Shown: piece after piece, positions 31,339 through 41,209 of the stretch
Numbering within the stretch: position 1 is the stretch's first letter
How the letters are laid out: every line of letters starts with the position of its first letter
Source: an uncultured Spirochaetales bacterium
GTDB taxonomy: Bacteria; Spirochaetota; Spirochaetia; CAZWAS01
Assembly: GCA_964631915.1 (NCBI GenBank)
Contig: CAZWAS010000016.1
Span: 1-44,111, forward strand
Direction: 5' to 3'
DNA length: 44,111 nucleotides
Translations under genes and position numbers: made by a program
Notes under the pieces: model-generated
What the model was told of the DNA's origin: nothing
The model's database searches: none
The model's input: the letters and a program-made list of their open reading frames with translations, nothing else

Positions 31339-33913
31339 CAATTTCCCCGTTATACAGGCTTGTTCGTACAACCTTTTTCATTGTCCCTACTTCACCGTAG
31401 AACACGGAACCACCCCCGCATCGGAGCGGGAGGCGAATCCGGATTCGGATTTTCTGAAATCCCTCCCGAAGTCGCTCCGCAGCTTCGAGCAGGTAGTGGG
31501 GTATGCGCCGAACCAGGCCTTCATAGGGAACCTGAGTCCGAAATCTCTGCCTGAACGGCCCTGGCATTCCTTGCCAGGCGCCGGTTCTCAGAGGGGCGCC
31601 TTCGGCGACATAGTCGAAGAGAAAAAGCTCTATGCTCTGATGAAATTTTCTGACGTGTTTAATCTCGTTGCGCTGGAGAAAGGGTTTTCTCAGGAGGCGC
31701 TGCAGCTCCTGGCTCAGGACGATGCGTTCAAAGGAGCGGACTTTTCTAAATTCAAGGAAGGTTTCGAATCTTCGGCTCTCGAACAGGAGCTTTCCTCCGG
31801 GGCTCTGCCGCTCAAAGCAGGGGAAATACTCGTGGGATGCGTTCGGAGCGCACATCCGTCCGATATCAACCTGAGCGCTCATACCATGGTCGAGAACCTG
31901 AGTTCCAAGGCTACCGCTGTCTTTGCGCTCAGGAAACTTCTTTTGATCCATGGCATCGATCCAAAGGGAATCGATTATATAATAGAAACATCCGAAGAAG
32001 CTTGTGGAGACATGAACCAGCGTGGAGGCGGGAATTTCGCCAAAGCCATAGGTGAACTTTGCGGTCTCGTCAATGCTACGGGGAGCGATGTCAGATCTTT
32101 TTGCGCAGGACCTGTTCACGGGCTCATCCAGGCAGCCTCTCTCATCCAGGCGGGAACCTTCAGACGCGTGGTCGTCGTTGCAGGAGGAACAACAGCGAAG
32201 CTCGCCATGAATGCGAAGAAGCACATGGAAAAAGGGGTTCCGGTCTTGGAGGACTGCATGGGTTCCTTCGCCGTTCTTGTAGAAGCCGGAGGGACTTCGG
32301 GCATCAGGCTCAGGACCGATGCGGTGGGCTACCACAAGATAGGATCCGGCTCTTCTCCTCAGGCTGTCATACAGGATCTTGTAGCTCTGCCGTTGGATAA
32401 GGCGGGGCTCAAATTCACAGATATAGACTGCTATGCTCCGGAACTCCAGAACCCTGAAATCACCGAATCCGCAGGAGCGGGCAATGTGACGCTCGCGAAT
32501 CTCAAGATGATAGCTGCTATGGCGGTGATGAGAAAGGAAATCGAAAAGGACGGCCTGAATGCATTCATCGAGCGGCACGGGTTCTCGGGTTGGGCCCCTA
32601 CCCAGGGGCACATTCCGTCAGGCATGCCTGCGCTGGGGTGGTTTGTCCGATGGGCAAACGAAGGTGCCTTGAAGCGGGCCCTGATCATCGGAAAAGGGAG
32701 TCTTTTTCTCGGCAGGATGACGAACCTCTTCGACGGCGTATCCATGCTCGTGGAAGCCGTCGGTTCTTCGGCGAAGCCTCATGGGGTAACCGCTCCTCTG
32801 AAAGAAACGATTGCGATTCAGCAGGAAGCTTTGCGGTCCGCGCAGAAATCAGGAACAGAAGGAATAGTCAGAATCGGCTTGACTATTCCCGGTTCCGAAA
32901 GCGGAGAAGAGGAACTCTTGAAAGGGGCACGCGAAGCCAGAACGATCGACAGCGGGCTCGAAGTGGTTCTGTTCGGAGAAAAACACAGTGACCCGAAACG
33001 CTCCCATGCCGAAATGGAAGAGGCCCTCGCTACGGGCGGCATACACGGTGCGGTTACGTTCCATTATCCGTTTCCTCTCGGCATAGCCACGGTCGGCCAT
33101 ACCAAGGCTCCGGGGAAGGGAAAAGATCTGTTCATAGCTACTACTACCGGTGCTGCATCCCCTTCCCGGGTGGAAGCCCTGGTGAGGAACACGGTTTCAG
33201 GCATCGCCGTTGCGAAAACATACGGGATTCCGAATCCCACAGTCGGTTTTCTGAATAGCGACGGAGCAGCGACCGCTTTGAAAACAATACGTTCGTTAGC
33301 GGAAAACGGGTACGAAGCGAATCTTCTGTCTTCGACCCGGGGAGACGCCTTGCTCAGGGGCAACGATATCCTCGCAGGCACTGTTGATGTGCTCGTGTGC
33401 GATTCCTTGACTGGAAACGCCATTGTGAAGCTTCTCGCCGCATTTTCCACAGGAGGGAGTGTGGAAGTCACAGGTTCCGGGTATGGTCCCGGAGTCGGCG
33501 GATCGGCCCCTGCCGTCGGAATCATTTCACGCGCCACTGCTGCTCCGGTAGTCGCTAACGCGATTCTGTTCATGGCACGCATGGTTCGTGGCTGCTTGTC
33601 CGAGGTGTACGGAAAAGAGCTCGAGAAGGCGGAAAAGGCGGGTCTGTCTTCCCTGCTTCAGGACATGAGGATGAAATCCGCAGAAAGCACCGGAACTCCG
33701 ACTGCCGGTTCGGGCGGAGGGCCTGCGAAGAAAGCGGTCAATCGCGAAATCGAGGGTATCGATGTGCTAGAAGTGGAGCAAGCGGTTAGGCTTCTGAAGG
33801 AAGGGAATATTTATTGCGAGGCGGGCATGGGTTGTACCGGCCCGGTGATCCTCGTTTCGGAAGAAGATAAAACGAAAGCAGTGGAGCGACTGAAAGAGGG
33901 GAAATACCTATAA
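31331..33913 (+). CDS. Fused GrdC-GrdD (glycine reductase protein C, beta and alpha subunits in one polypeptide)
   Basis: The GTG start overlaps the trx stop by 8 nt. aa 1-478 are GrdC-like (FPVIQ...HGTT...NPDSDFLKSLPKSLRSFE...YAPNQAFIGN; EEACGDMNQRGGGNFAKAIGE; GKGSLFLGRMTNLFDGVS). aa ~511-860 are GrdD/PlsX-like (FLNSDGAA, CDSLTGNAIVKLL). There is no stop between the two parts. Confidence 0.8.
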   Translation: MVDNFPVIQACSYNLFHCPYFTVEHGTTPASEREANPDSDFLKSLPKSLRSFEQVVGYAPNQAFIGNLSPKSLPERPWHSLPGAGSQRGAFGDIVEEKKLYALMKFSDVFNLVALEKGFSQEALQLLAQDDAFKGADFSKFKEGFESSALEQELSSGALPLKAGEILVGCVRSAHPSDINLSAHTMVENLSSKATAVFALRKLLLIHGIDPKGIDYIIETSEEACGDMNQRGGGNFAKAIGELCGLVNATGSDVRSFCAGPVHGLIQAASLIQAGTFRRVVVVAGGTTAKLAMNAKKHMEKGVPVLEDCMGSFAVLVEAGGTSGIRLRTDAVGYHKIGSGSSPQAVIQDLVALPLDKAGLKFTDIDCYAPELQNPEITESAGAGNVTLANLKMIAAMAVMRKEIEKDGLNAFIERHGFSGWAPTQGHIPSGMPALGWFVRWANEGALKRALIIGKGSLFLGRMTNLFDGVSMLVEAVGSSAKPHGVTAPLKETIAIQQEALRSAQKSGTEGIVRIGLTIPGSESGEEELLKGAREARTIDSGLEVVLFGEKHSDPKRSHAEMEEALATGGIHGAVTFHYPFPLGIATVGHTKAPGKGKDLFIATTTGAASPSRVEALVRNTVSGIAVAKTYGIPNPTVGFLNSDGAATALKTIRSLAENGYEANLLSSTRGDALLRGNDILAGTVDVLVCDSLTGNAIVKLLAAFSTGGSVEVTGSGYGPGVGGSAPAVGIISRATAAPVVANAILFMARMVRGCLSEVYGKELEKAEKAGLSSLLQDMRMKSAESTGTPTAGSGGGPAKKAVNREIEGIDVLEVEQAVRLLKEGNIYCEAGMGCTGPVILVSEEDKTKAVERLKEGKYL

Positions 33914-33925
33914 AAGGGGGAACAG

Positions 33926-34327
33926 ATGGGTACCGGTTTTACCTTCGATTACGAAAAATGTACCGAATGTGAACGATGCATGGCAACGTGTTCGATAGTC
34001 AAGAAGGGATTCGTCCAGCTTCAGCAGTCGATGATCGTCATCGGCAAGAACTGGCCCGAACTCCCGGAAATCCGCGTGTGCAGATTCGACGACTGCAAAG
34101 GGCATCCCTGCATAGCATCATGTCCGGTGGAAGCCATATCTGATAAGGACGGCATAATACTCATAGATGAAAATACCTGTACCGGTTGTGGGGCATGCGT
34201 AGAAGAGTGCCCGTACCGGGCCATATATATGATCGACGGTATTGCGAGAAAATGCGACTTCTGCGGTGGCGATCCCGAATGCGTCAAAGCGTGCGTGACC
34301 GTGGCCATCGCGAAGAAAGGAGGATGA
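33926..34327 (+). CDS. Poly-[4Fe-4S] ferredoxin-domain protein
   Basis: CTECERCMATC, CIASCP, CTGCGACVEECP and CDFCGGDPECVKAC cluster motifs. Confidence 0.85.
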   Translation: MGTGFTFDYEKCTECERCMATCSIVKKGFVQLQQSMIVIGKNWPELPEIRVCRFDDCKGHPCIASCPVEAISDKDGIILIDENTCTGCGACVEECPYRAIYMIDGIARKCDFCGGDPECVKACVTVAIAKKGG

Positions 34328-34329
34328 GT

Positions 34330-36159
34330 ATGGCGAGCAGCATGTACGATACCCTGCTCCGCATCGATTGTGGAAAAAAAAGTTCAGTACCGGTGCAGGT
34401 CGGAGGAGAGCTGAAGTCATACATCGGAGGCATGGGATATGGGACAAAGATCCTCATCGATGAAGTCGATCCGAAAGCCGATCCTCTGTCCGCTCAGAAC
34501 AAGATCGTGTTGACAGTAGGACCACTCACCGGCACTACGGCACCGATGTTTCCGCAGGCTTGTATAGTCACCAAGTCGCCACTCACAAAAAGCATTTTGA
34601 ACTGCTATGCAGGTGGTTTTCTCGGTGCCGAAGTGAAATTCTGTGGACTCGACGGAATAATCCTCGAGGGGAAAGCCGACCAGTGGAGCCTCATACTCGT
34701 GGAGGACCGCAAGGTGAGTTTCCACGATGCTGGGCCGGTCATGGGCAAGAGCACGCACGAAACCGAAGCGTACATGAAGAAGAAATTCGGAAGCGATGTG
34801 AAGACCCTTTCCATAGGCGTGGCTGGAGAGAAGGTGGTTGCCATGTCCTCGATCTTCTCCGAAACGAGGACCTTCGGCAGAGGCGGCGCCGGAGCAATCC
34901 TCGGCTCGAAGCGCATAAAAGGCATGGCGTTCCGGGGTACGCGGGGAGTCGATGTGTTCGATCGAAAGCGGTTCGCGGAACTTGTGAACGAAAACGTCGA
35001 AGGTATAAAGGCCGCATGCAAAGAAGAGCATAACCTCGTGGGCATGTTCTCCCGCGTCGGTACCGGTGCAGGAATGGGGCTCATAAACCGCAAAGGAGCT
35101 CTCGCTACGAAAAATCATCAGTATGGAAGTTTTCCCGAAGGTTCAGCGATAGACGGATACGCGTATGCGAAAAATTTCTACACGCGCGCCATTTCCTGCT
35201 ATGGATGCCCTGTGCACTGCGGCATGCTGCATAAATACCGGAGACCGGACAATTCGGATGCGTGGCTACGCGGACCTGAATACGAAACCATGTTTTCCCT
35301 CGGATCCGACCTTCTGAATGACGATCCTGTAACGCTTGCCGACGCAAACCAGCTCTGCGAGGATTACGGTATGGATACGCTCACCGTAGGAGTCACCATA
35401 GCGTGGGCGTTCGAAATGGCAGAGAAGGTGATCCTCAAAGATCCTGATCTGCCGCTCAAGTTTGGAGACAGGCCTTCTATTCTAGGACTCATTCGGAAAA
35501 TAGGAGAGCGCGAGGGAATCGGCAACCTGCTGGCGGAAGGTCCTAAGATAGCTGCAGAGAAAACGGGGAAAGAAACCGTAGGGGCTGCCATGCAGATCAA
35601 GAATTCCGGATTTGCTGCATGGATGCCGCGGCGCATGAAGGGAGTCGCTCTCTCGTTTGCGACTTCCAACCGCGGAGCTTGCCATAAGCGGGCGCCTATC
35701 GGCGCCGAAATAATGGGTGCCATAGACATGGATTCGTATGACGGAAAAGCTCAAATAGTGAAAGATATTCAGGATACGGTGAATGCCGTTTTCACGTTGG
35801 TGGCATGCAGATTCCACGAATTCATAAGCCCGAAGGAATTATATCCGCAGTTGGTGGAGGCTGCGACAGGCGTTCATATGAGCCTTGACGAATTCATAAA
35901 AGTGGGGGAGCGCATCTGGAACTTAGAACGGATTTTTAATATCGGCGCCGGATTCACGAGAAACGACGACAATCTTCCGGAACGCTGTTTCGAACCTATA
36001 AAAGGCGAAGCTTCCCAGGGAGCTGTATTGGATAAAAAGAAATTCGCGGCCATGCTGGACGAATACTATACGTTGCGCGGATGGGATCTCGAAGGCAAGC
36101 CAACTCCTGCAACGCTTAAGCGACTAGGAATCGAGGAATACGCGAGGTTTATAACATGA
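34330..36159 (+). CDS. Aldehyde:ferredoxin oxidoreductase family (tungsten/molybdopterin AOR)
   Basis: About 609 aa. AOR N-terminal domain pattern (LLRIDCG...GGMGYGTKIL). [4Fe-4S] ligands CYGCPVHC. The track start 34186 overlaps the ferredoxin gene, so ATG 34330 was chosen. Confidence 0.8.
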   Translation: MASSMYDTLLRIDCGKKSSVPVQVGGELKSYIGGMGYGTKILIDEVDPKADPLSAQNKIVLTVGPLTGTTAPMFPQACIVTKSPLTKSILNCYAGGFLGAEVKFCGLDGIILEGKADQWSLILVEDRKVSFHDAGPVMGKSTHETEAYMKKKFGSDVKTLSIGVAGEKVVAMSSIFSETRTFGRGGAGAILGSKRIKGMAFRGTRGVDVFDRKRFAELVNENVEGIKAACKEEHNLVGMFSRVGTGAGMGLINRKGALATKNHQYGSFPEGSAIDGYAYAKNFYTRAISCYGCPVHCGMLHKYRRPDNSDAWLRGPEYETMFSLGSDLLNDDPVTLADANQLCEDYGMDTLTVGVTIAWAFEMAEKVILKDPDLPLKFGDRPSILGLIRKIGEREGIGNLLAEGPKIAAEKTGKETVGAAMQIKNSGFAAWMPRRMKGVALSFATSNRGACHKRAPIGAEIMGAIDMDSYDGKAQIVKDIQDTVNAVFTLVACRFHEFISPKELYPQLVEAATGVHMSLDEFIKVGERIWNLERIFNIGAGFTRNDDNLPERCFEPIKGEASQGAVLDKKKFAAMLDEYYTLRGWDLEGKPTPATLKRLGIEEYARFIT

Positions 36160-37001
36160 AGTATATCATACCTGAAAGCCTCGAAGCTGCATGCAGGGCG
36201 CTGGCTTCCGCGGATTCGTTCCGTGCACTTGCAGGTGGGACCGATCTTGCAGTGGTCATAGCGGATACGCTTAACATGCCCGAAGCCTTGGTCGATATTT
36301 CGGCTCTCCGAGAACTCAACGGCATGGATTTCTCCCAAGAGGGACTCGTCATCCGAGCGTGTACACGCATTGCGGATATTGCAGCTGCAGAGAAGCTTCC
36401 GCTCTGCCTCGTGCAGGGAGCCTCGTCCATAGGCTCCCCCCAGATACGCAATCTCGGCACCATCGGCGGCAATGTGTGCAACGCATCTCCTTGCGGAGAC
36501 ACGCTTGCGCCGCTCGTATGCCTCGATGCGAAATTCGTGCTCGTCTCCATTTCGGGAAAACGCGAGGTCCCTGCGGAGGAGTTTTTCCTCGGACCGAAGA
36601 AGACGGTGCTGAAGGGCGGAGAGCTGCTCGCAGAAATCAAGATAGACAAACGGCACTTGTCCGGTACTTCCTCTTTCAGGATGATAGGAAAGCGCAACGG
36701 TCAGGTTATTTCCCAGGTGAACGCATCCGTATGGCTTTCGCTCACAGGAAGTACGATCGAGGATATCAGGGCAGCTGTGGGGTCGGTAGCGCCTGTCCCG
36801 CTCAGGCTTACAGCGACCGAAGCATATTTGAAAGGCAGAAAACGGGGGAATATCGATTTCACGGAAGTCGGAAGAATCATCAATACGGAAATTAAACCCA
36901 TTTCGGATGTGAGAGCTTCCGAGGAATACCGTAGGCTTGTGACGGTATCACTTTTCCGGGAAGTCTTGGAAGAAGCGCTCAGCAGCGGAAAGGGGGAGTG
37001 A
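36156..37001 (+). CDS. Molybdenum hydroxylase FAD-binding subunit (XdhB/CoxM/YgfM-like)
   Basis: LAGGTDLAV motif. 281 aa. The start overlaps the AOR stop (ATGA). Confidence 0.8.
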   Translation: MKYIIPESLEAACRALASADSFRALAGGTDLAVVIADTLNMPEALVDISALRELNGMDFSQEGLVIRACTRIADIAAAEKLPLCLVQGASSIGSPQIRNLGTIGGNVCNASPCGDTLAPLVCLDAKFVLVSISGKREVPAEEFFLGPKKTVLKGGELLAEIKIDKRHLSGTSSFRMIGKRNGQVISQVNASVWLSLTGSTIEDIRAAVGSVAPVPLRLTATEAYLKGRKRGNIDFTEVGRIINTEIKPISDVRASEEYRRLVTVSLFREVLEEALSSGKGE

Positions 37002-37004
37002 GGT

Positions 37005-37484
37005 ATGCAGATCACGTTCATATGCAACGGCGAACAGGTGAGTGTCGAAGCAGCTCCGGACATGAGGGCGCTCGACCTCCTCCGCGATACACTCGGACTC
37101 ACCGGTACCAAGGAAGGTTGCGGACGCGGGGAATGCGGCGCCTGTACGATTCTGCTCGACGGTGCTCCTGTGAATGCATGCCTAGTGTATGCCGCGAAAC
37201 TCAATGGAAGAACAGTTGAGACCATCGAAGGCCTATCCTCTAACGATGGAAAACTTCATCCGATACAGGAGGCCTTTCTCGATGAAGGGGCTGTGCAATG
37301 CGGTTACTGCACTCCTGGCATGGTGATGAGCACAAAGGCGCTTCTCGACAAAAATCCGAAACCCACTGTTGCGGACATCGAAGAGGCGTTGAGCGGAAAT
37401 TTCTGCCGCTGTACAGGATACGCGAAGATCGTGAAAGCCGTGCAGAAGGCTGCAGGTACGAAGACCGGAGGTGCACATGAATAA
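37005..37484 (+). CDS. Molybdenum hydroxylase [2Fe-2S] subunit
   Basis: GCGRGECGACTILLDG, CGYCTPGM, CRCTGY. Confidence 0.9.
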   Translation: MQITFICNGEQVSVEAAPDMRALDLLRDTLGLTGTKEGCGRGECGACTILLDGAPVNACLVYAAKLNGRTVETIEGLSSNDGKLHPIQEAFLDEGAVQCGYCTPGMVMSTKALLDKNPKPTVADIEEALSGNFCRCTGYAKIVKAVQKAAGTKTGGAHE

Positions 37485-39762
37485 CGAACCACTCCGCGTT
37501 GTGGGAAAGCGCGTTAGGAAGATCGATGCGTACGAGCTTGTAACCGGCAAGGCGAAATTCACGGGCGATATGCGGTTTCCGGGAATGCTGTACGGGTATG
37601 CGGCCAGGTCTTCTGTTTCTGCGGGAACCATCAGGCGCATCGACGTATCGAAGGCAGCTGAAAGCGACGATGTGGTGTTCGTCATGACGGGAAAAGACAT
37701 ACCCGGCCCGAACATCATAGGCATTCTTCCTCCTCTGGATCAGCCTGTGCTGGCCACCGAGGTTATTCGCTACGCAGGCGAATCCGTAGCCTTAGTGGTC
37801 GCAAAGACTCAGCTCGCTGCAAAACGGGCGGCTCGGAAGGTTTCGCTTGAAGTCGACGAACTCGTACCGATCTTCACGATCGACGAAGCCCTCAAGGAAG
37901 GGGCGCGGAAGATACATGCATCCGGGAATATAACCTTTTCCAAGAAACTGATCAAAGGCGATGTGCAGAAAGGCTTTAAAGAAGCAGATGTGATCCTTGA
38001 AGACACATTTGAAACATCGAATCAAGAGCATGCATACCTCGAACCAGAAGTGGTGTGCGCAGTTCCGTCAGGAGACGGCCGTATCACCGTATATGCTTCC
38101 TGCCAGTCGCCGTTTCATATCCGTGGACATATAGCGTCCAACCTGAACGTGCCGGTCTCGCAGGTGAAGGTGATACAAGCGTACACAGGCGGTTCGTTCG
38201 GCGGTAAGGACGATGTTGCTACGGAAATCGGAGCGCTCGCCGCAATTGCTGCATGCAAGCTCGGGAAACCGATCATGATAGCCCATGAGCGGGACGAGTC
38301 TATCATAGGGAGCAATCTGCGCCATGCATCGCGGATCACAGTGAAAACCGGTGCCAAAAGAGATGGCACTATAGTCGCTCGGGAAATACGAGTGCTCCTC
38401 GATGGGGGAGCGTATGCATCCGAGAGCCCCTTCGTCACGATGAAGGCGCTCATCCATGCTGCAGGACCGTATAAGATCGATAACGTATTCGTGGAATCCA
38501 CCGCCGTGTACACGAACAAAACCTACTGTGGAGCGTTCAGGGGATTCGGAGTGCCTCAGGTTACCTTTGCATCGGAATCCCAAATGGACGAACTGGCTAA
38601 GCGGCTTTCCATGGATCCTGTGGAACTGAGGATGAAGAACGCACTGAAACCCGGGGATACCACGGCTACGGGCCAATCCTATAAGCAATCGGTCGGCCTC
38701 ATTGAGACCATCAAACGCATTCAGGAGAAACGCATCGCTCATCAGCTTCCGAAGAACGACGGCCGCTGGTTGTACGGACGGGGCGTTTCGTGCATGCTTC
38801 AGGGCATTTCGAACGGTGCAGAAGGCATCGACGTCGTAGGAGCCCATGTCCAGGTGTGCCAGGACGGCAGTGCCATCGTAGGAGTCGGCCTGACGGAGCT
38901 CGGTCAGGGGGCGCGGACAGTGTACGCCCAAATCGCGGCAGAGGTGCTTGGTATTTCCCTCGAAAAAGTGACCGTGAAGCAGGTGGATACGGACTCGGTG
39001 CACGATTCGGGACCTACGGTGGCTTCCAGAAGCACTACGGTAGGCGGTATGGCGGTGAAACTCGCTGCGGAGGAAGTGAAGAAGTCTCTCGTTTCCATGG
39101 CAGCCCTCATGTTTAAAGTCGAAGAAAAGCTTATAATATTGAAAGAAAATTTTGCGGTACTCGCGGTAGACGACAAGGCGCGGATACCGCTGAAAGATGT
39201 GGCGGTTGCCGCATATTGGACGGGTTTTCCGCTCATGAACCTCGCGTTTTCCAAAGCTCCGCCTTCGAACTACGATCACGATACGCATCAGGGCGACATA
39301 TACATCGCCTATAACTTCGGAACCCATCTCATGGACATTAGGATAGACAGGTTCACCGGCAGCGTCGAAGTCCTGCGCCACTATGCCGCCCACGATGTGG
39401 GAAAGGTCGTAAACCCCATGGGACTCGAAGGACAGGTCGAAGGGGCTTCCCTCATAGGGTTCGGTCTCGCACACATGGAGGATATCATCTACCGGGAAGG
39501 AAAGATCATCAATGCGAATTTCGCGGATTATGCGATTCCTTCTATTAAAGACCGCCTTCCTACGGAAACGATCCCTGTGGAAGATCCCAATCCTCACGGC
39601 CCTTTCGGTGCAAAAGGAGTGGGAGAACCGCCTGTTGCGGGTGCGGCATCCGTATTCGCGAATGCGGTGGCTGCGGCCACAGGCATACGATTTAAGAAGT
39701 TGCCCATCACGCGGCAGGATATTTTGAAGGCGCTTGAGGAGTTGGGCAATTCCGGACGATAA
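37477..39762 (+). CDS. Molybdenum hydroxylase large (molybdopterin-binding) subunit, xanthine-dehydrogenase family
   Basis: 761 aa. YTGGSFGGKDD Moco motif. Aldehyde-oxidase/XDH a/b-hammerhead N-terminus (VVGKRVRKIDAYELVTGKAKFTGD). ATG 37477 overlaps the upstream gene by 8 nt. Confidence 0.85.
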   Translation: MNNEPLRVVGKRVRKIDAYELVTGKAKFTGDMRFPGMLYGYAARSSVSAGTIRRIDVSKAAESDDVVFVMTGKDIPGPNIIGILPPLDQPVLATEVIRYAGESVALVVAKTQLAAKRAARKVSLEVDELVPIFTIDEALKEGARKIHASGNITFSKKLIKGDVQKGFKEADVILEDTFETSNQEHAYLEPEVVCAVPSGDGRITVYASCQSPFHIRGHIASNLNVPVSQVKVIQAYTGGSFGGKDDVATEIGALAAIAACKLGKPIMIAHERDESIIGSNLRHASRITVKTGAKRDGTIVAREIRVLLDGGAYASESPFVTMKALIHAAGPYKIDNVFVESTAVYTNKTYCGAFRGFGVPQVTFASESQMDELAKRLSMDPVELRMKNALKPGDTTATGQSYKQSVGLIETIKRIQEKRIAHQLPKNDGRWLYGRGVSCMLQGISNGAEGIDVVGAHVQVCQDGSAIVGVGLTELGQGARTVYAQIAAEVLGISLEKVTVKQVDTDSVHDSGPTVASRSTTVGGMAVKLAAEEVKKSLVSMAALMFKVEEKLIILKENFAVLAVDDKARIPLKDVAVAAYWTGFPLMNLAFSKAPPSNYDHDTHQGDIYIAYNFGTHLMDIRIDRFTGSVEVLRHYAAHDVGKVVNPMGLEGQVEGASLIGFGLAHMEDIIYREGKIINANFADYAIPSIKDRLPTETIPVEDPNPHGPFGAKGVGEPPVAGAASVFANAVAAATGIRFKKLPITRQDILKALEELGNSGR

Positions 39763-39805
39763 AACGCTTGTCCGGATCGACACGCGGATTGAAGGGGAGG
39801 TAGGT

Positions 39806-41185
39806 ATGGCTCTGCTCATAAAGAACGGTCTTGTGGTCACGTTCGACAAGGATGCTCTGAACGGCAGGATTATCGAAAACGGTGCGGTGGCAATCGAAGG
39901 GGACAGGATTCTCGAACTCGGCGATACGGCATCGTTGGAGAAAAAGTATGCAAGCGCTTCCAGAATCATAGACGCGACCGGCAAGATCGTGATGCCTGGT
40001 TTCATCATCACCCACACTCATATGCCCTATGTTCTTGGTCACAATCAGCCTGTGGATGTCACCCAGCTTCGGAGCTTCTGGGACATGCTGCAGAAGATGG
40101 GATGGGAATGGCTCGAGGATCTGACGACTCAGGAAGGTATTTATGCAGCCACCAGATATGCCGCCATGAAAATGCTGAAGAGCGGAACCACGACGGTCTG
40201 CGATCTAGTAGAAGGCCCGAACGCGATTCCCGGCGCGCTTTCAGCGAGCGTGAAGGCCATAGAGGAAACAGGCATACGAGCTCAGCTCGGTTACGAAGTT
40301 ACGGAGAGGATCCCCGGCATTTCCATTCTGGAAAAGCTCGACAGAAAAATGGCCGAGCGCGGATTCGACGAGAACTTGAAACTCCTGGACCAGTTCCCAC
40401 CGAAGGCCGGCAAGCGGATACAGGCCCGTCTCGGAGTGCATACTGCATACACCAACTCGTTTGAAACGCTGAAAAAGGCGCGGCAGATCGCCGATTCCTA
40501 CGGGTGCGGAATCCAGATCCATATAGCGGAGATCCCCCGTACCTTTCTCATTGAGAAATACGGCAAATCGGCTCCCATGGTGCTCGAAGAACAAGGGCTT
40601 CTCGGGCCGGATGTGGTGGCGGCGCACTGCATAGACATCACGGACGAAGACCTTGCGATACTGAAGCGGAACAAGGTTAATGTGGCGCACACGCCCATGA
40701 CCAATTCGCTCGGCGGAAACGGCGTGGCGAGAGTTCCGGATATGGTGAATGCGGGCATGAACGTGACCATAGGACACGATTGTTTTTTCACCCTGGACAC
40801 TTCGGAATACTTCAGATATGCATATCTCGTGCATAAGGCGCATAACGCGAATCCGATGCTGCTCCCTCCGTTTCAAGTACTGGATATGGTGCTCGGGAAT
40901 GCGGCGAGGGCTTTAGGCCTGGCGGACAAAATCGGAAGTCTATCTCCGGGCAAAAAGGCGGATATCCTCATCGTCGCTCCGGACAGTCCTGTGCCGGTGA
41001 ATGCGTCTTCAGTCATTTCCTACTACACCATGACCTTTCTCGGAAAGGATGTCGAAACCGTGCTCGTGGACGGAAACGTTGTGGTGGATAAGGGCAGGAT
41101 GACGACTGTGGACGAAGAAGAAGTCAAGCGGTCCTGTGTCGAAGAAGCGCGGAAGCTGTGGCGGAAAAATGGAATACGGGTCTGA
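39806..41185 (+). CDS. Amidohydrolase-superfamily enzyme (SsnA / MtaD / chlorohydrolase-deaminase type)
   Basis: LLIKNGLVVT...AVAIEGDRI...IDATGKIVMPGFIITHTHMPY (HxH metal motif), with later HIAE and GHD. Start at ATG 39806 after GAAGGGGAGG. Confidence 0.75.
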   Translation: MALLIKNGLVVTFDKDALNGRIIENGAVAIEGDRILELGDTASLEKKYASASRIIDATGKIVMPGFIITHTHMPYVLGHNQPVDVTQLRSFWDMLQKMGWEWLEDLTTQEGIYAATRYAAMKMLKSGTTTVCDLVEGPNAIPGALSASVKAIEETGIRAQLGYEVTERIPGISILEKLDRKMAERGFDENLKLLDQFPPKAGKRIQARLGVHTAYTNSFETLKKARQIADSYGCGIQIHIAEIPRTFLIEKYGKSAPMVLEEQGLLGPDVVAAHCIDITDEDLAILKRNKVNVAHTPMTNSLGGNGVARVPDMVNAGMNVTIGHDCFFTLDTSEYFRYAYLVHKAHNANPMLLPPFQVLDMVLGNAARALGLADKIGSLSPGKKADILIVAPDSPVPVNASSVISYYTMTFLGKDVETVLVDGNVVVDKGRMTTVDEEEVKRSCVEEARKLWRKNGIRV

Positions 41186-41209
41186 ACATATAGCAGTAAG
41201 GAGCAATAC

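Noticed and set aside
31304-32611. 435-aa minus-strand ORF opposite grdCD; also 3678..4619(-) opposite lpdA and 22358..23338(-) opposite the opine-DH gene
   Set aside because: They are shadow ORFs. The plus-strand genes have conserved motifs and operon-consistent starts and stops.
38068-40017. 649-aa minus-strand ORF, one of the longest in the track
   Set aside because: It is antisense to the Mo-hydroxylase large subunit and amidohydrolase genes, whose plus-strand translations carry clear family motifs. Its own translation is Arg/His/Ser-rich with no motif, as expected for a GC-driven shadow ORF.
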